DNA of 64,000 bases from Scyliorhinus canicula (Eukaryota). Shown here piece by piece: positions 1 through 11,970 of the stretch. Location of the stretch: the NCBI RefSeq assembly GCF_902713615.1, contig NC_052163.1:37272248-37336247 (forward strand), in the 5' to 3' direction. Each line of letters opens with the position of its first letter. Position 1 is the stretch's first letter. The notes under the pieces were generated by a model that was not told where the DNA came from, did not search any database, and worked only from the letters and a program-made list of their open reading frames with translations. Position numbers and translations under genes: made by a program.

Positions 1-300
1 AAGCTTGGGAGGCAGCCATTCTCTTGTTCACTCTCCATCACAATGCCTCGCCCAATCAGTTTGAATTTAAACAAAAGCTTGGTGGTTAGCTATTCCCTGG
101 TGCATTCCCTATCGCAACACCTCTAATGATCAGCGTTTACTTGTCAACCATACAGCACCTTCTTCTCATGCAGTATAAATTGTTTCCCTCTTTGAGGTTT
201 TGTATTCTTGTGAATCTGTACTGACGAGTACATGGTCAAATGTTTTGACGGCACGTCTGTTTTTCAGCAGTACTCAAGTTCCAAGTTCTCAAGTTACGAA
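1..300 (+). repeat. Probable decayed Penelope-type terminal repeat relic with a broken hammerhead-like motif at 221-250
   Basis: TATAAA at ~174 followed by CTGACGAG...GTCAAA...; the CUGANGA box is present but the GAAA box is not intact. Confidence 0.3.
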
Positions 301-670
301 GCAATGTGATTCTTATTTGTAGATGGGATTGCTGGCAGTTTTAATGCTGCAGTCCACATATTGGACAGGGCCAGGTTCAGAGACGCAGAGCTGGCTACAT
401 AATATAAATGGCCAAGTGCATGAAGGATTTTGCACTGGGTAGAATAAGGCTATTGAAGATGCATTAACTATTTGTGTGAGGTCGTTTAGCTTTCTGCAAT
501 GCTGCAGACAGGTCCTCGGGACCAAACACCTGCAATTCCCCAGCAAGTTGCTTGCAAATTAAATGGTCAACATCTTCCAATCCCACAATATTACCCATTT
601 CTTCTGAGATCTTCCAATCCCAAGTGAAGCTGAAATGGACAGCATAGGCACTCCAGAGAAGGTGCTGCAA

Positions 671-1260
671 TGATATGTATATATACGCCAGTCAAGAGTT
701 AATTATTACATCTCAGTGTAATTCAAACACTAGAGGGCACCACCAGTTCCCAATATAAATATCAGAACTCAGGGAATCTTGGGTGATCAGTTAAGTGTTA
801 GCAGAGGAGAAATATTGATCACAGCTCAGGGAATATGTTAGATTACAGAGACATAGCACAAAGACATCATTAGTTAATTCTCGATTATAGATTACTGTTT
901 AACAGACTCTATCTTACTTTATTAATAGTTATAACTCTGTAGAGTGTGCAAACTCTTTAATTTAATTGTTATTCAATAAATCAGTTTTGCTTTAATCTAA
1001 AGATTGTTTGTTTCATTATCATCAACTCATCAGGCCTTCTGGATCACAAGACAAAGAATAACGACATATTACCACAAAGTGTAATATAACATGGTACCAG
1101 GGATGCCTACTGTAGCTAACTAGTATAGTTCAGTAAGAATCTAGTCCAGAAAAACTAAGAAGCTTGTGACTGCAGAACTTTGACAAATCCAGGACTGATG
1201 GACAAAGCTCAAGCTCCACGACAACTCCGGATCACCAGTAAATCTGATGTTAACTAGCGG
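671..1260 (+). mobile_element. Gypsy-type 5' LTR (~671-1091), PBS and first codons of gag, truncated
   Basis: TG...AACA boundaries with internal TATAAATA and AATAAA. TGGTACCAGGGATG at 1092 resembles the iMet-tRNA PBS. ATGGACAAAGCTCAAGCTCCACGACAACTCCGG (MDKAQAPRQLR) resembles a fish/shark Gypsy gag start. Confidence 0.65.
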
Positions 1261-2112
1261 GTGAGGACTTTGATGTCCGGCACCCCGCCACCCGCCTGGG
1301 CCCTCTCCCATTGGTTGTGGATCAACTTCTCCTGCGGGGACACTAGAGGGGGCATCATTAGCTGCATGCATGATTCATCACAAGGGAGGTACACAGGGTT
1401 GGTGGGGGCTTGGGGAGATGGGCTGCATGTGGGGGGTGGAGAGGATAGGTGGGGGATGGGGGAATGGAGGGAAGTATGGGAGAGGGGATGAGAAGAATTG
1501 GATGTGGGGAGTATGGGAGGGTATGGGAGGGACTACTGGTCATGGGTGGGCCGTGGTACGGTACAGTGCTGGGCGGGGCAGGGCCAGGCACATTCTCTTG
1601 GGTGGTGGGGGGGGGGGGGGGCGTTGGCGGTCTGGTGCAAACTCATCCGAGTGGCCCAGTGGAGGTCGTTGACCTTCTTGTGGCATTGGGTGCCAGTCCT
1701 CCTGGTCACACTCCCCGAGCTGATTGCCGCTGCCACTTGCCCCCCTCCCCCCCCAAAGTTGCTGTGGCTGCCCTGTTGCTGACCCTCCCAGATCGTCGGG
1801 GGAACAGGCCATCCCATCTGGCCTGTACCTCTTCCAGAAATCTTCCCAGGTCACCATCGCCGAATCATGGGGCTGGCTGTGCAGGATCAGTTTAAGTGCT
1901 GCTCTTCCTTGTTAGCGGGGGGGGCTGACAAGCAAGGACCCGGCAAATCAGCCAGTGGGACCATGATTTGCGTCAGGAAGCCCGTGGCACCTTGTTAAGT
2001 GAACCAATTAACGTTTTATTGTGGTGACGACATCGCCCGGCCAAGCGTCGGGAAGCTTGCGGCAGTTTGCGCTCGCTACCATACTTAGAAACAGTTTGGT
2101 TAAAATGTGCCC
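1261..2112 (-). mobile_element. PIF/Harbinger relic carrying a degenerate Myb/SANT-like gene
   Basis: Minus-strand peptide VAAAISSGSVTRRTGTQCHKKVNDLH (Myb/SANT-like, as in Harbinger ORF1); terminus GGGCACATTTTAACC at 2112 resembles the other Harbinger termini in the window. Confidence 0.65.
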
Positions 2113-2149
2113 AATATTCCTAGACTGTTGCTTTTTAATCATTTAGCGA

Positions 2150-2910
2150 GTGCATAGTTCTATTGTCTTTAAGTCCAAAATGGGCAGTCTCACATTTGCC
2201 GACATTGAAATCCATTTGCAGCAGTTTTGCCCATTCACTTGACCTATAAGTATATTTTTCCAATTGTATGCTTCCATCTGGGGCAGCAGGGTAGCATGAT
2301 GGTTAGCATAAATGCTTCACAGCTCCAGGGTCCCAGGTTCGATTCCCGGCTGGGTCACTGTCTGTGTGGAGTCTGCACGTCCTCCCCCTGTGTGCGTGGG
2401 TTTCTTCCGGGTGCTCCGGTTTCCTCCCACAGTCCAAAGATGTGCGGGTTAGGTGGATTGGCCATGATAAATTGCCCGTAGTGTCCTAATAAAAGTAAGG
2501 TTAAGGGGGGGTTGTTGGGTTACGGGTATAGGGTGGGTTTGAGTAGGGTGATCATGGCTCGGCACAACATTAAGGGCCTGTTCTGTGCTGTACTGTTCTA
2601 TGTTCTATCTAAACTGTATGCAATGTTGCCTATCTTTGTGTCATCAACAATCTTGAATATGTGATTTTCTATCCTTAAAATCTAAATTATTAATACATAA
2701 AGCAACTGGCTGAAGCCCCAACAAAGGACAACAACAGGTCATTTTTGCCGATGAAAGTATATGCCCATTATCCCTACTCTGCCTCCTGCCACTCAGCCAA
2801 CATTCGTGCTGCATCAATGATGTGCCTACAATCCCATGAGCCTCAACTTTAGCAAACAGCACAAAGGGAATTATACAAGGCTCGCTTGGTGCACAGGTGT
2901 AGCAAGCAGC
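2150..2910 (-). mobile_element. CR1 LINE RT relic, interrupted by a SINE
   Basis: Peptide LFAKVEAHGIVG; sequence is continuous across the SINE at 2280-2608. Confidence 0.7.
2280..2608 (+). mobile_element. HE1/V-SINE-type tRNA-derived SINE, full length
   Basis: A/B-box head (GGTTCGATTCCC), central CCGGGTGCTCCGGTTTCCTCCCACAGTCCAAAGA, CR1-like tail ending (GTTCTAT)n; near-identical copies at 31823, 52360 and 60569. Confidence 0.9.
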
Positions 2911-3224
2911 AGAGTTTTGAACAAGTTGAGGTTTGAAGGGCAGAGGATAGGGGTCCTGACCACTAAAGCTCTAGAATAGTCATTGTGATGGAACCTGTGA
3001 TAAGATCAAGAGAGGCAAAGGTAAGTGGTATCAGTGTTGATGATGGATCCAACAGTATACAGGAGATGGAATGGTTTACATTTTCATCGTCATGGGGACC
3101 AATGGATTTTTTTTGCTTTTCAACCTTTTGGTAGGAATGGGATCAAGGGTTAATAGAAGCTGTATCTCATGGATAAACTAAGCTTGGTGATAACACAAGG
3201 TGAGATAGGAGAACAGCTACAATC

Positions 3225-4170
3225 TCAGAATTATTACGGTGCAGAAGGAGACCATTCAGCCCATTGTTTCTGTACTGGCTCTCCAAATGAGCATGTTTGA
3301 CTTTGTGCCATTCCTCTGCCCTTTCCCCACAGCCCTACACATTGTTTCTAATCATTTAATAGCCTCTTAAATGCCTCAATTGAACCTCCCCCACACTTCC
3401 AGGCAGTGCATTGCAGTCCTGAACCACTCACTGCATGAAAAACATTTTCTCCTATCACGTTTGCTTCTTTTGTAAATCACTTTAAATCTGTGCCGTCTCG
3501 TTCTTGATCCTTTTACGAGCGGAAACAGTTTCTCCCTATCTGCTCTGTCCAGCCCCCCTCATGATTTTGAACATCTTTATCAAACCTCCTCCTAGACTTC
3601 TTTTCCACAGGGAGAACGGTTCCATCATCTCCAACCTATCTTCATAACTGAAGGTTCACATCCCTGGAACTATCTTTGTAACCCTCTTCTGCACTCTATT
3701 GTGTGGCGCCCAGAACTGTTCGCAATAGTTCAGCTGAGTTCTAGCTGGTGTCTTGAACAAATTTGGCACAATCTCCTTGCTCTTGTACTTTATGCCCCTA
3801 TTAATCAAGCTCAGGATACTGTGTACTTTACTGCTCTCTGCACCTGTCATGCCACCTTCAATGAATAATGTACAAATTCAGGCAGATCTCGCGGCTCCTG
3901 CAAAGAGTTAAGAATTGTACCCTTATTTTATAACCTCTGTCCATGTTCTTCCAAAATGCTTCCAACTCGCAGGTCTCTGCATTGAACTTCACCTGCCAAC
4001 TCTCTGCCCACTCCACCAATTTTTCTGTATCCTTTTGAAGTTCTACACTGTCCTCCTCACAGCTTACAATGCTTCTAAGTTTTGTATCATCCGCAAGCTT
4101 TGAAATCGTCCCCTGCACACCAGGATCTAGATCATTAATATGCATGAAGAAAAGCAAGGATCCCTTGGAA
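3225..4170 (-). mobile_element. CR1 LINE 3' fragment (RT C-terminus plus tail)
   Basis: HINDLDPGVQGTISKLADDTKL...WQVKFNAETCE and YCEQFWAPH motifs. Confidence 0.85.
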
Positions 4171-4464
4171 ACTCCACCTCCTCCCTCAACGCGAAATCCA
4201 GTTGACAACAGCGGGACGGGTAGATCCCGCTGGCGGGCCACCTCCGCTGTGAAAAACAAGCATCATTTATGCAAAGCCAGGTTGTGTGATAATTGATTTA
4301 TGTATTATATATTTATCTATAAAACAAGTCGCTATACCTCAGACATAAGTTATTGGCTATTAATTGCCTTGGGCATCTTGAGGTTGAATGAGGCATCATA
4401 TCAATGAATATACTTTCTTTCTTTACTGTTGGGGCATTTATGAATAAAACCACAACTTTTACAG

Positions 4465-5160
4465 CAAAATTGTCTGAATAGTTCAAAGTCTTTGGTGCTG
4501 AATGCTGCCAATCCAGTTTCTCGAGAGCTGGCAAAGAATTTAATCTCCATTATGGTATGTTTTTTGCTGCATGAATGGATTGTGGAAAAATTGTTTGCGT
4601 CAAAAATGTTTTCTGACTCTGTAACCATCTTCAGATTTCCATAGCCTAGCTGCAGCATCTGCCACTGAAGTGAAACATGCCAGAAGCTGCTTTGGGCATT
4701 AAGTACTACTTCCCCAAAGACCAAGATGTGGTAAAGTTTTAACAGACATTGCAACAGCTATTCTAAAGTACACCTGCTGCTTTCCTTCAGTCTAATTTTT
4801 TTCGTTGAAGTTTATTGTTTTTCTGGTTATTTTCCATTTCAATTTCAGTTCGGCTTTTTACATTTTTGTTTCTGATGAACGGCTAAAAGAATTTGCGCAC
4901 AAACATTCTCATGAGTGTAATGACTGTTCACTATGTTTTCCTTTTCAGTTCTCTACTTGAGTCATTTCTTCACTGAAAGGGGTGAAATTGCTGCCTGCAA
5001 ATTGACTTTCATGTGGCAGAGGTTGGTTATTATGGAATACCCTGCCAACATTTTTACTGTAAACCTGTCGTGGAGAAATTGTGTTATTCGCAAAGTGGCT
5101 GATTTACTGCATTTCACCCTTTCACTGATTCTGAATAATGGATGCCAGCAACAGAAAGCT
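4465..5160 (+). pseudogene. Candidate three-exon gene fragment of unknown identity (exons 4465-4554, 4635-4730, 4949-5160)
   Basis: Canonical AG/GT sites (donors GTATGT, GTAAAG, GTAAGT), introns of 80 and 218 bp, phase-compatible exon lengths 90/96/212. The phase-1 frame has one stop in each of the first two exons and is open for 70 codons in the third. Confidence 0.4.
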
Positions 5161-5241
5161 GTAAGTGTGTCTGGTCAGGAGACATTATTGACTATGAAAG
5201 TGATAGTGGGTGGGTTCTAACTCTCATGTTTGTGGGATCTT

Positions 5242-5467
5242 GGGCAGCACGGTGGCACAGTGGGTTACCCCTGCAGCCTCATGGCGCCGGGGTCCCAGGT
5301 TCGATCCCGGCTCTGGGTCACTGTCCATGTGGAGTTTGCACATTCTCCCCGTGTTTGCATGGGTTTCGCCCCCACAACCCAAAGATGTGCAGGGTAGGTG
5401 GATTGGCCATGCTAAATTGCCCCTTAATTGGAAAAAATTATTGGGTACTCTAAATTTATTTTAAATA
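5242..5467 (+). mobile_element. tRNA-derived SINE, short-tail subfamily, with a 16-17 bp TSD
   Basis: Same head as HE1; ATGTTTGTGGGATCTTG is repeated at 5226-5242 and 5468-5484. Confidence 0.9.
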
Positions 5468-5929
5468 ATGTTTGTGGGATCTTGTGGCAGTGGTGGTTGC
5501 ATCCCTGCCTTTGAGCCAGGTTCTCCCAAGTTCAAATCTTATCCTTGCACTTAAAATCAGAGGAAAGAGTGTCCATTACACAGGCAAGAAGGGTGGGCAT
5601 CTTCCAACACACACCAATGCTGGATGGAAAGAGTGGGAGTATTCCCTGATCAGCCACATGGGCCTCTACCATGACTATCGATAGCTCCAGGCTACAATGT
5701 GTATATAAATATGTCATTTTCCTCAGAAACCCGGGACTCCCTAAGTGAGCTGTATCACCACCACAACCATAGCTGCCATGCAGCTAGAACACTGCATGAT
5801 GTGTTACAGAACATATGGCTTGAGAAGGCGTAGCCAGTGTTTAATCCCTTTTTTGTGCTGCACTTCAGGGAATAGTGATAGAGCTATAATTAATTTCACT
5901 GACTCAACTAGTCCCGAAAGATTATTAAC

Positions 5930-6890
5930 TGTGGATGATGCATGCATGTCAATATCAGTTGACAATTTCAATGGCCAAAGATCTAACCATCACACCTTGA
6001 CATTCAATGACATCACCATTGCTGAATCCCCTACAATCAACATTCTGAGGGTTACCATAGATCAGAAACTGAACTGGACTAGCCATATTAATACTATGGC
6101 TACCAGAGCAGGTTAAAAGCTAGGAATCCCACACAGAGTAACTTACCTCCTGACCCCCCAAAGCCTGTCCACCATCTACAAGGCACAAGTCAGGAGTGTA
6201 ATGGAATATTCTCCATTTGCCTGGATGAGTGCAGATCCAACAACACTCAAGAAGTTTAACACCATCCAGGACAAAGCAGCCTGCTTGATTGGCACCTCTT
6301 CTACTAACATTCACTCCCTCCAACACCGATGAACAGTGACAGCCACGTGTACCGTCTACAAGATGCACTGCAGGAACTCGTCAAGGTTCCTCAAGTAGCA
6401 TCTTCCAAACCCACAATTACTCCTATTTAGAAGGACAAGAGCAACAGATACCTGGGACCACAACTCCTGAAGGTTCCCCTCCAAGTCACTCGCCATCCCA
6501 ATTTAGAAATATATCGCTGTTCCTTCACTGTCACTGGATCAAAATCCTGGAACTCCCTCTCTAACCGCACTGTGGATGTACCTACACTTCAGGGACTACA
6601 GTGGGCCAAGAAGGCCAAAGATGTGCGGGTTAGGTGGATTGGCCATGCTAAATTGCCCGTAGTGTCCTAAAAGTAAGGTAATGGGGGGGTTGTTGGGTTA
6701 CGGGTATAGGGTGGATACGTGGGTTTGAGTAGGGTGATCATTGCTCGGCACAACATCGAGGGCCGAAGGGCCTGTTCTGTGCTGTACTGTTCTAAAAAAA
6801 AACTCACCACCACTTTCTGACGGGGAACTAGGGATGGGAAATAAATACTGGCCGAACCAGCAATGCCCAAATCCCGTAAATGAATTAAAA
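5930..6890 (+). mobile_element. Non-LTR retrotransposon (CR1/L2-group) 3' relic; a truncated SINE sits in its tail
   Basis: ESPTINILRVTIDQKLNWTSHI...STIYKAQVRSVMEYSP...TIQDKAACLIG; the tail resumes at 6794. Confidence 0.8.
6615..6793 (+). mobile_element. 5'-truncated HE1-type SINE
   Basis: Matches the 3' half of the SINE at 2280. Confidence 0.85.
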
Positions 6891-7423
6891 AATAATATTT
6901 CTTAAGTATTTGTTGTACAAAGAAATAGCTGCTAGGGGTAGCTCAGAAGGTTGGCAGCATATGTGGAAGTATTTTTGCTTGCAGTGGAGGAAGGCAGTAT
7001 GAGAAAGTTGAATTTTAAAAAAAACTATTATGAATCTTGAAATTGCATCAATTCCATCCACCAATTGCAATTTTTAAAAAATATTTAATTTTGGGTGAAA
7101 TCCTACTGAATGTTGGCTGCCACTGAAGGTCCTTACATCAGACCCATGAAAGGGAGCTGGCCAGTTAAATAGAAGAAGTTATCTGGAGCTCACAAAGCTC
7201 AACCATTTGATGAATGCAATGTCACAGCTCAAAATATTAATGAAAAATGTGCTTATGTTATTGGGAAATAACAATAAGTCTGCATATTCATAACACGAGG
7301 AGGTATCTTACAGCTTCACTAATAACGTGTTGGAGAATGGTGTTCTATTATGTGGAAATCCTAGCCAATGGTAGTGCCGATCCTAACCAGAGCCAGAGAA
7401 TAAACATTTCATCCCCAGCCCAT

Positions 7424-8041
7424 TGTCATGTGAGAGTAACTTTAAGAAATGGGTCTTTATAAATGGGTGTGTATATAAATATCTGTAGTGAGAGTACCTT
7501 TATGAAATGGGTGTTTATTACTGCAGTGATGTCAGTGAGTGGGCGGAGCTGGGCTGTCTGTCAGCTTTTTACCTTTGTTTTAGGCTGTTTGCTGCAGGGT
7601 GTGTTTTAGTTTCATTTTCAGAGCCGGATAGCTGCAGTCACAGCCAGAAGAGGTATCAGTCTCTCTCTCTCTGTAATTTAAAAACTGTAAATCGATCCTT
7701 TGGTGATTCAAAACTAATAACTGCTCTCAGTAGTGACTTTAATCTGATGTGCTTCTGTTAAACGTTATTTTTTAAGTCTTAAGGATGTTAAAACGAAAGC
7801 TTAAAGGGTTACTTAGTGTTGTATTCTTTGGGGGTTGCTAAGATGTTCACTGTATGTTTTAAAAATATTAACATGAATTCATAGAATAACATTGTTTTGC
7901 TTTAAAATATACGTATCCATTTCTACTGTACCACTACTGTAGAGTGGGCCGTGTGCTCCCCATACCACAATCTATTAAAAGTTATGGGTCAGGTGAGCCC
8001 CATGATACATTTTGGGGTTATCTAAACCCTGGCCCATAACA
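7424..8041 (+). repeat. 5' LTR of the Gmr1-like element
   Basis: 618 bp, TG...CA, roughly 90% similar by eye to 26546-27177. Confidence 0.92.
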
Positions 8042-8176
8042 AATTTGGGGTTTGTCCAGAATAAAAGTCTATCTATTGGATTTGCTTTGTCACCTTAATG
8101 GCGGTGAGGGGTGAGGATATTGTGGTTGCTTTTCAGGTGTGGTATTCTAGTTTAAGTTGGGAGTGTGTTGTGGAAA

Positions 8177-9257
8177 ATGGCTCTTTGCGAGGCTCAGACG
8201 TTTTAGGGGGTGGAGACGGTCACACACAGTACCTTACGGACAGAGACTAAAAGCAGACTGTTAAAGTTGACAAAAAAATTGCAGTTAACATTACCTGACA
8301 AAATACGAAAAGATGAGGTAATTATGGTGGTTGCTAAGCATTTAAAGTTGCCTGAGATACAGTTTGACTCACTGGAAATGTCAAAAATTCAGTTACAAAT
8401 TAAACAAATGGAACATGAGAAAGAATTAAAGCAGCTTGAATACGAAAGAGATAGAGAGGAAAAAGAAAGAGAAAGGGAGATACAGATCAGGGAAAAAGAT
8501 AAAGAGAGAGAGTTTGAACTTCAGAAAATGGCCATGAAACATGACAGTCAGTTAAAATTTGCTGGAGTAAAGAGAAACGTACAGTTGGATGATAATGATG
8601 AGAACATTGAGAAAGAGCGTCATAGTCGAAGGTTTGGTGGGGATCGATTTAAATATGTCCAAGCATTGCCAAGGTTAGATGAGAAGGAGGGAGAAGCCTT
8701 TTTCATTTAATTTGAGAAGGTAGCTAAACAAATGAAATGGCCACAGGACATGTGGGTACCACTGATTCAAACAAAGCTGGCAGGTAGAGCTAGTGAATTG
8801 TTTGCATCACTATCAGAGGGGGTATCTGAGTCGTATGAGGAGGTGAAAAAATCCATCTTAGGTGCATATGAGTTAGTGCCTGAAGCCTACAGACAAAGGT
8901 TTAAAAAATTAAGGGAAGAACCTGGTCAAACATACATGGAATTTGAAAGGATCAAACAGAGTAATTTTGATAGGTGGATAAAGGCTTTGAAAATAGACCA
9001 AACGTATGAAGCTCTCAGAGAAATTATACTTTTGGAGGAGTTTAAAAGTTCAATTCCTGATGTAGTGAGAATTCATGTGGAAGAGCAGAGGGTTAAAACT
9101 GAGATTAGCAGCAGAAATGGCAGATGATTATGAATTAGTTCATAAATCAAAGTTTGGTTTCCGACATCAGTTTCAGCCTGTGAGGGATAGAAACTGGGGA
9201 CATGAGAAATACCCAAGTGGTAAAGGTAAAGGTGATCTGATGGGAGATGATAAGGAG
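8177..9257 (+). pseudogene. gag with SCAN-like capsid region, disrupted
   Basis: KWPQDMWVPLIQTKLAGRA...YELVPEAYRQRFKKL...IILLEEFKSSIP; contains stops and frameshifts; interrupted by the hAT at 9258. Confidence 0.85.
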
Positions 9258-9755
9258 CAGTGGCGGACTGGCCAGGGTGTCAGCTTGCCCGATGGCAAGT
9301 GGGCCCCTGATGAAGTGGGCTCCCTATATCAAATAAAAATGCAATAAAGAAATAAACACAGACAACTGTTTTAGTAATAAAAAGGAATAAGAAAAAAAGA
9401 GAGAACAGGACACAAATAAGCAGTGCATGAAAAGGAACTAAGCAGGGGAGGTAGTGGAAGGATGTGGAATAGGGGGGCCCGGGTCGGGCATAATTAAGGA
9501 AATTCCATGTTTTCAACAAGAGTGTGTGAATTTAAAGCTAAAGTTACAGTTCGTGATTTGAGATGGTCGGCAACTTGAAAGGATATCAAGCAGTACATAG
9601 GGTCGTGAGGTCACCGAAAAGGAGAAGCAGTACCTTTGACCGTGAATCATGAGGTCAAAGATATTGAATGATGTGGAGATGCCGGCGTTGGACTGGGGTG
9701 AGCACAGTAAGAAGTCTTACAACACCAGGTTAAAGTCCAACAGGTTTGTTTCAAA

Positions 9756-9790
9756 CACGAGCTTTCGGAGCACGGCTCCTTCTTCAGGTG
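9756..9790 (-). ncRNA. Minimal type I hammerhead ribozyme (mirror copy)
   Basis: Exact reverse complement of 11936-11970. Confidence 0.8.
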
Positions 9791-10634
9791 AATGGAAAGG
9801 CTTGTTCCAGAAATGTTTATATAGACACAGTCAGAGATGCCCCGGAATGCGAGCACCTGCAGGCAATCAAATCATCAAAGATGCAGAGAGAGAGGTAACT
9901 CCAGGTTAAAGAGGTGTGAATTGTCCCAAGCCAGTTCAGTCGGTAGGCCTCTGCAAGTCCAGGCTTGTTGGTGGGGGCCGAATGTAATGCGACATGAATC
10001 CCAGATCCCGGTTGAGTCCGCATTCATGCGTGCGGAACTTAGCTATAAGTTTTTGCTCAGCAATTTTGCGTTGTCGCGTCTCCTGAAGGCCTCCTTGTAG
10101 AAGGCTGACCCGGAGATCAGAGGCTGAATGTCCTTGACTGCTGAAGTGTTCCCCAACTGGAAGGGAACAGTCCTGCCTGTTGATAGTCGCACGATGCCCG
10201 TTTATTCGTTGTCGCAGTGTCTGCATGGTCTCGCCAATGTACCACGCTTCGGGACATCCTTTCCTGCAGCGTATGAGGTAGACTACATTGGTCGAGTCGC
10301 ACGAGTATGCGCCGCGTACCTGGTGGGTGGTGTTTCCACGTGTAATGGTGGTGTCCATGTCGATGATCTGGCATGTCTTGCAGAGATTACCCTGGCAGGG
10401 TTTTGTGGTGTTGTGGTTGCTGTTCTGAAGGCTGGGTAATTTGCTGCAAACAATGGTTTGTTTGAGGTTGCACGGTTGTTTGAAGGCCAGTAGTGGGGGT
10501 GTGGGGATGACCTTGGCAAGATGTCCATCCTCGCTGATGATGTGTTGGAGGCTGCGAAGAAGATGTCGTAGTTTCTCCGCCCCAGGAAAGTACTGGACGA
10601 CGAAAGGTACTCTGTCAGTGGTGTCCCGTGTTTG

Positions 10635-11790
10635 GACACAGGACTTTCAACCGATGCTATACACCAGATACATCGATGACATTTTTTTCCTTTGGACCCA
10701 CGGCGAGACATCACTGAAACGACTACACGATGACATCAATAAGTTCCATCCCACCATCAAACTCACCATGGACTATTCTCCAAATTCAGTTCCATTCTTG
10801 GACACACTCGTCTCCATCAAGGACGGTCACCTCAGCACCTCGCTTTACCGCAAGCCCACAGATAATCTCACGATGCTCCACTTCTCCAGCTTTCACCCGA
10901 AACACATTAAAGAAGCCATCCCCTATGGACAAGCCCTCCGTATACACAGGATCTGCTCAGACAAGGAGGAGCGCAACAGACACCTACAGATGCTGAAAGA
11001 TGCCCTCGTACGAACGGGATATGGCGCTCGACTCATTGATCGACAGTTCCACCGCGCCACAGCAAAAAACCGCACCGACCTCCTCAGAAGACAAACACGG
11101 GACACCACTGACAGAGTACCCTTCGTCGTCCAGTACTTTCCTGGGGCGGAGAAACTACGACATCTTCTTCGCAGCCTCCAACACATCATCAGCGAGGATG
11201 GACATCTTGCCAAGGTCATCCCCACACCCCCACTACTGGCCTTCAAACAACCGCGCAACCTCAAACAAACCATTGTTTGCAGCAAATTACCCAGCCTTCA
11301 GAACAGCAACCACAACACCACAAAACCCTGCCAGGGTAATCTCTGCAAGACATGCCAGATCATCGACATGGACACCACCATTACACGTGGAAACACCACC
11401 CACCAGGTACGCGGCGCATACTCGTGCGACTCGACCAATGTAGTCTACCTCATACGCTGCAGGAAAGGATGTCCCGAAGCGTGGTACATTGGCGAGACCA
11501 TGCAGACACTGCGACAACGAATAAACGGGCATCGTGCGACTATCAACAGGCAGGACTGTTCCCTTCCAGTTGGGGAACACTTCAGCAGTCAAGGACATTC
11601 AGCCTCTGATCTCCGGGTCAGCATTCTACAAGGAGGCCTTCAGGAGACGCGACAACGCAAAATTGCTGAGCAAAAACTTATAGCTAAGTTCCGCACGCAT
11701 GAATGCGGACTCAACCGGGATCTGGGATTCATGTCGCATTACATTCGGCCCCCACCAACAAGCCTGGACTTGCAGAGGCCTACCGACTGA
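10635..11790 (+). CDS. 5'-truncated Penelope ORF: RT C-terminal part plus GIY-YIG endonuclease
   Basis: RYIDDIF RT motif, thumb region, VVYLIRC...WYIGET...RINGH GIY-YIG; the ORF-track start at 10441 is an antisense artefact of the inversion. Confidence 0.9.
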
Positions 11791-11935
11791 ACTGGCTTGG
11801 GACAATTCACACCTCTTTAACCTGGAGTTACCTCTCTCTCTGCATCTTTGATGATTTGATTGCCTGCAGGTGCTCGCATTCCGGGGCATCTCTGACTGTG
11901 TCTATATAAACATTTCTGGAACAAGCCTTTCCATT

Positions 11936-11970
11936 CACCTGAAGAAGGAGCCGTGCTCCGAAAGCTCGTG
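11936..11970 (+). ncRNA. Minimal type I hammerhead ribozyme in the Penelope terminal repeat
   Basis: CAC-CUGAAGA-A-GGAGC(CGU)GCUCC-GAAA-GC-UC/GUG: stem I CAC/GUG, 5-bp stem II, palindromic AGCU in place of stem III; predicted cleavage after 11967. Confidence 0.8.

Noticed and set aside
221-250. Hammerhead-like CTGACGAG motif
   Set aside because: The GAAA box and stem II are not intact; at best a dead relic.
2281-2360. tRNA gene
   Set aside because: The A/B boxes belong to SINE heads; no complete cloverleaf.
4343-4382. Possible fourth upstream exon of the 4465-5160 fragment
   Set aside because: Weak donor (GTTGAA), and its phase fits only the frame with more stops.
10441-10634. N-terminal 65 aa of the 449-aa Penelope ORF
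   Set aside because: Antisense reading of the inverted arm, not part of the RT.
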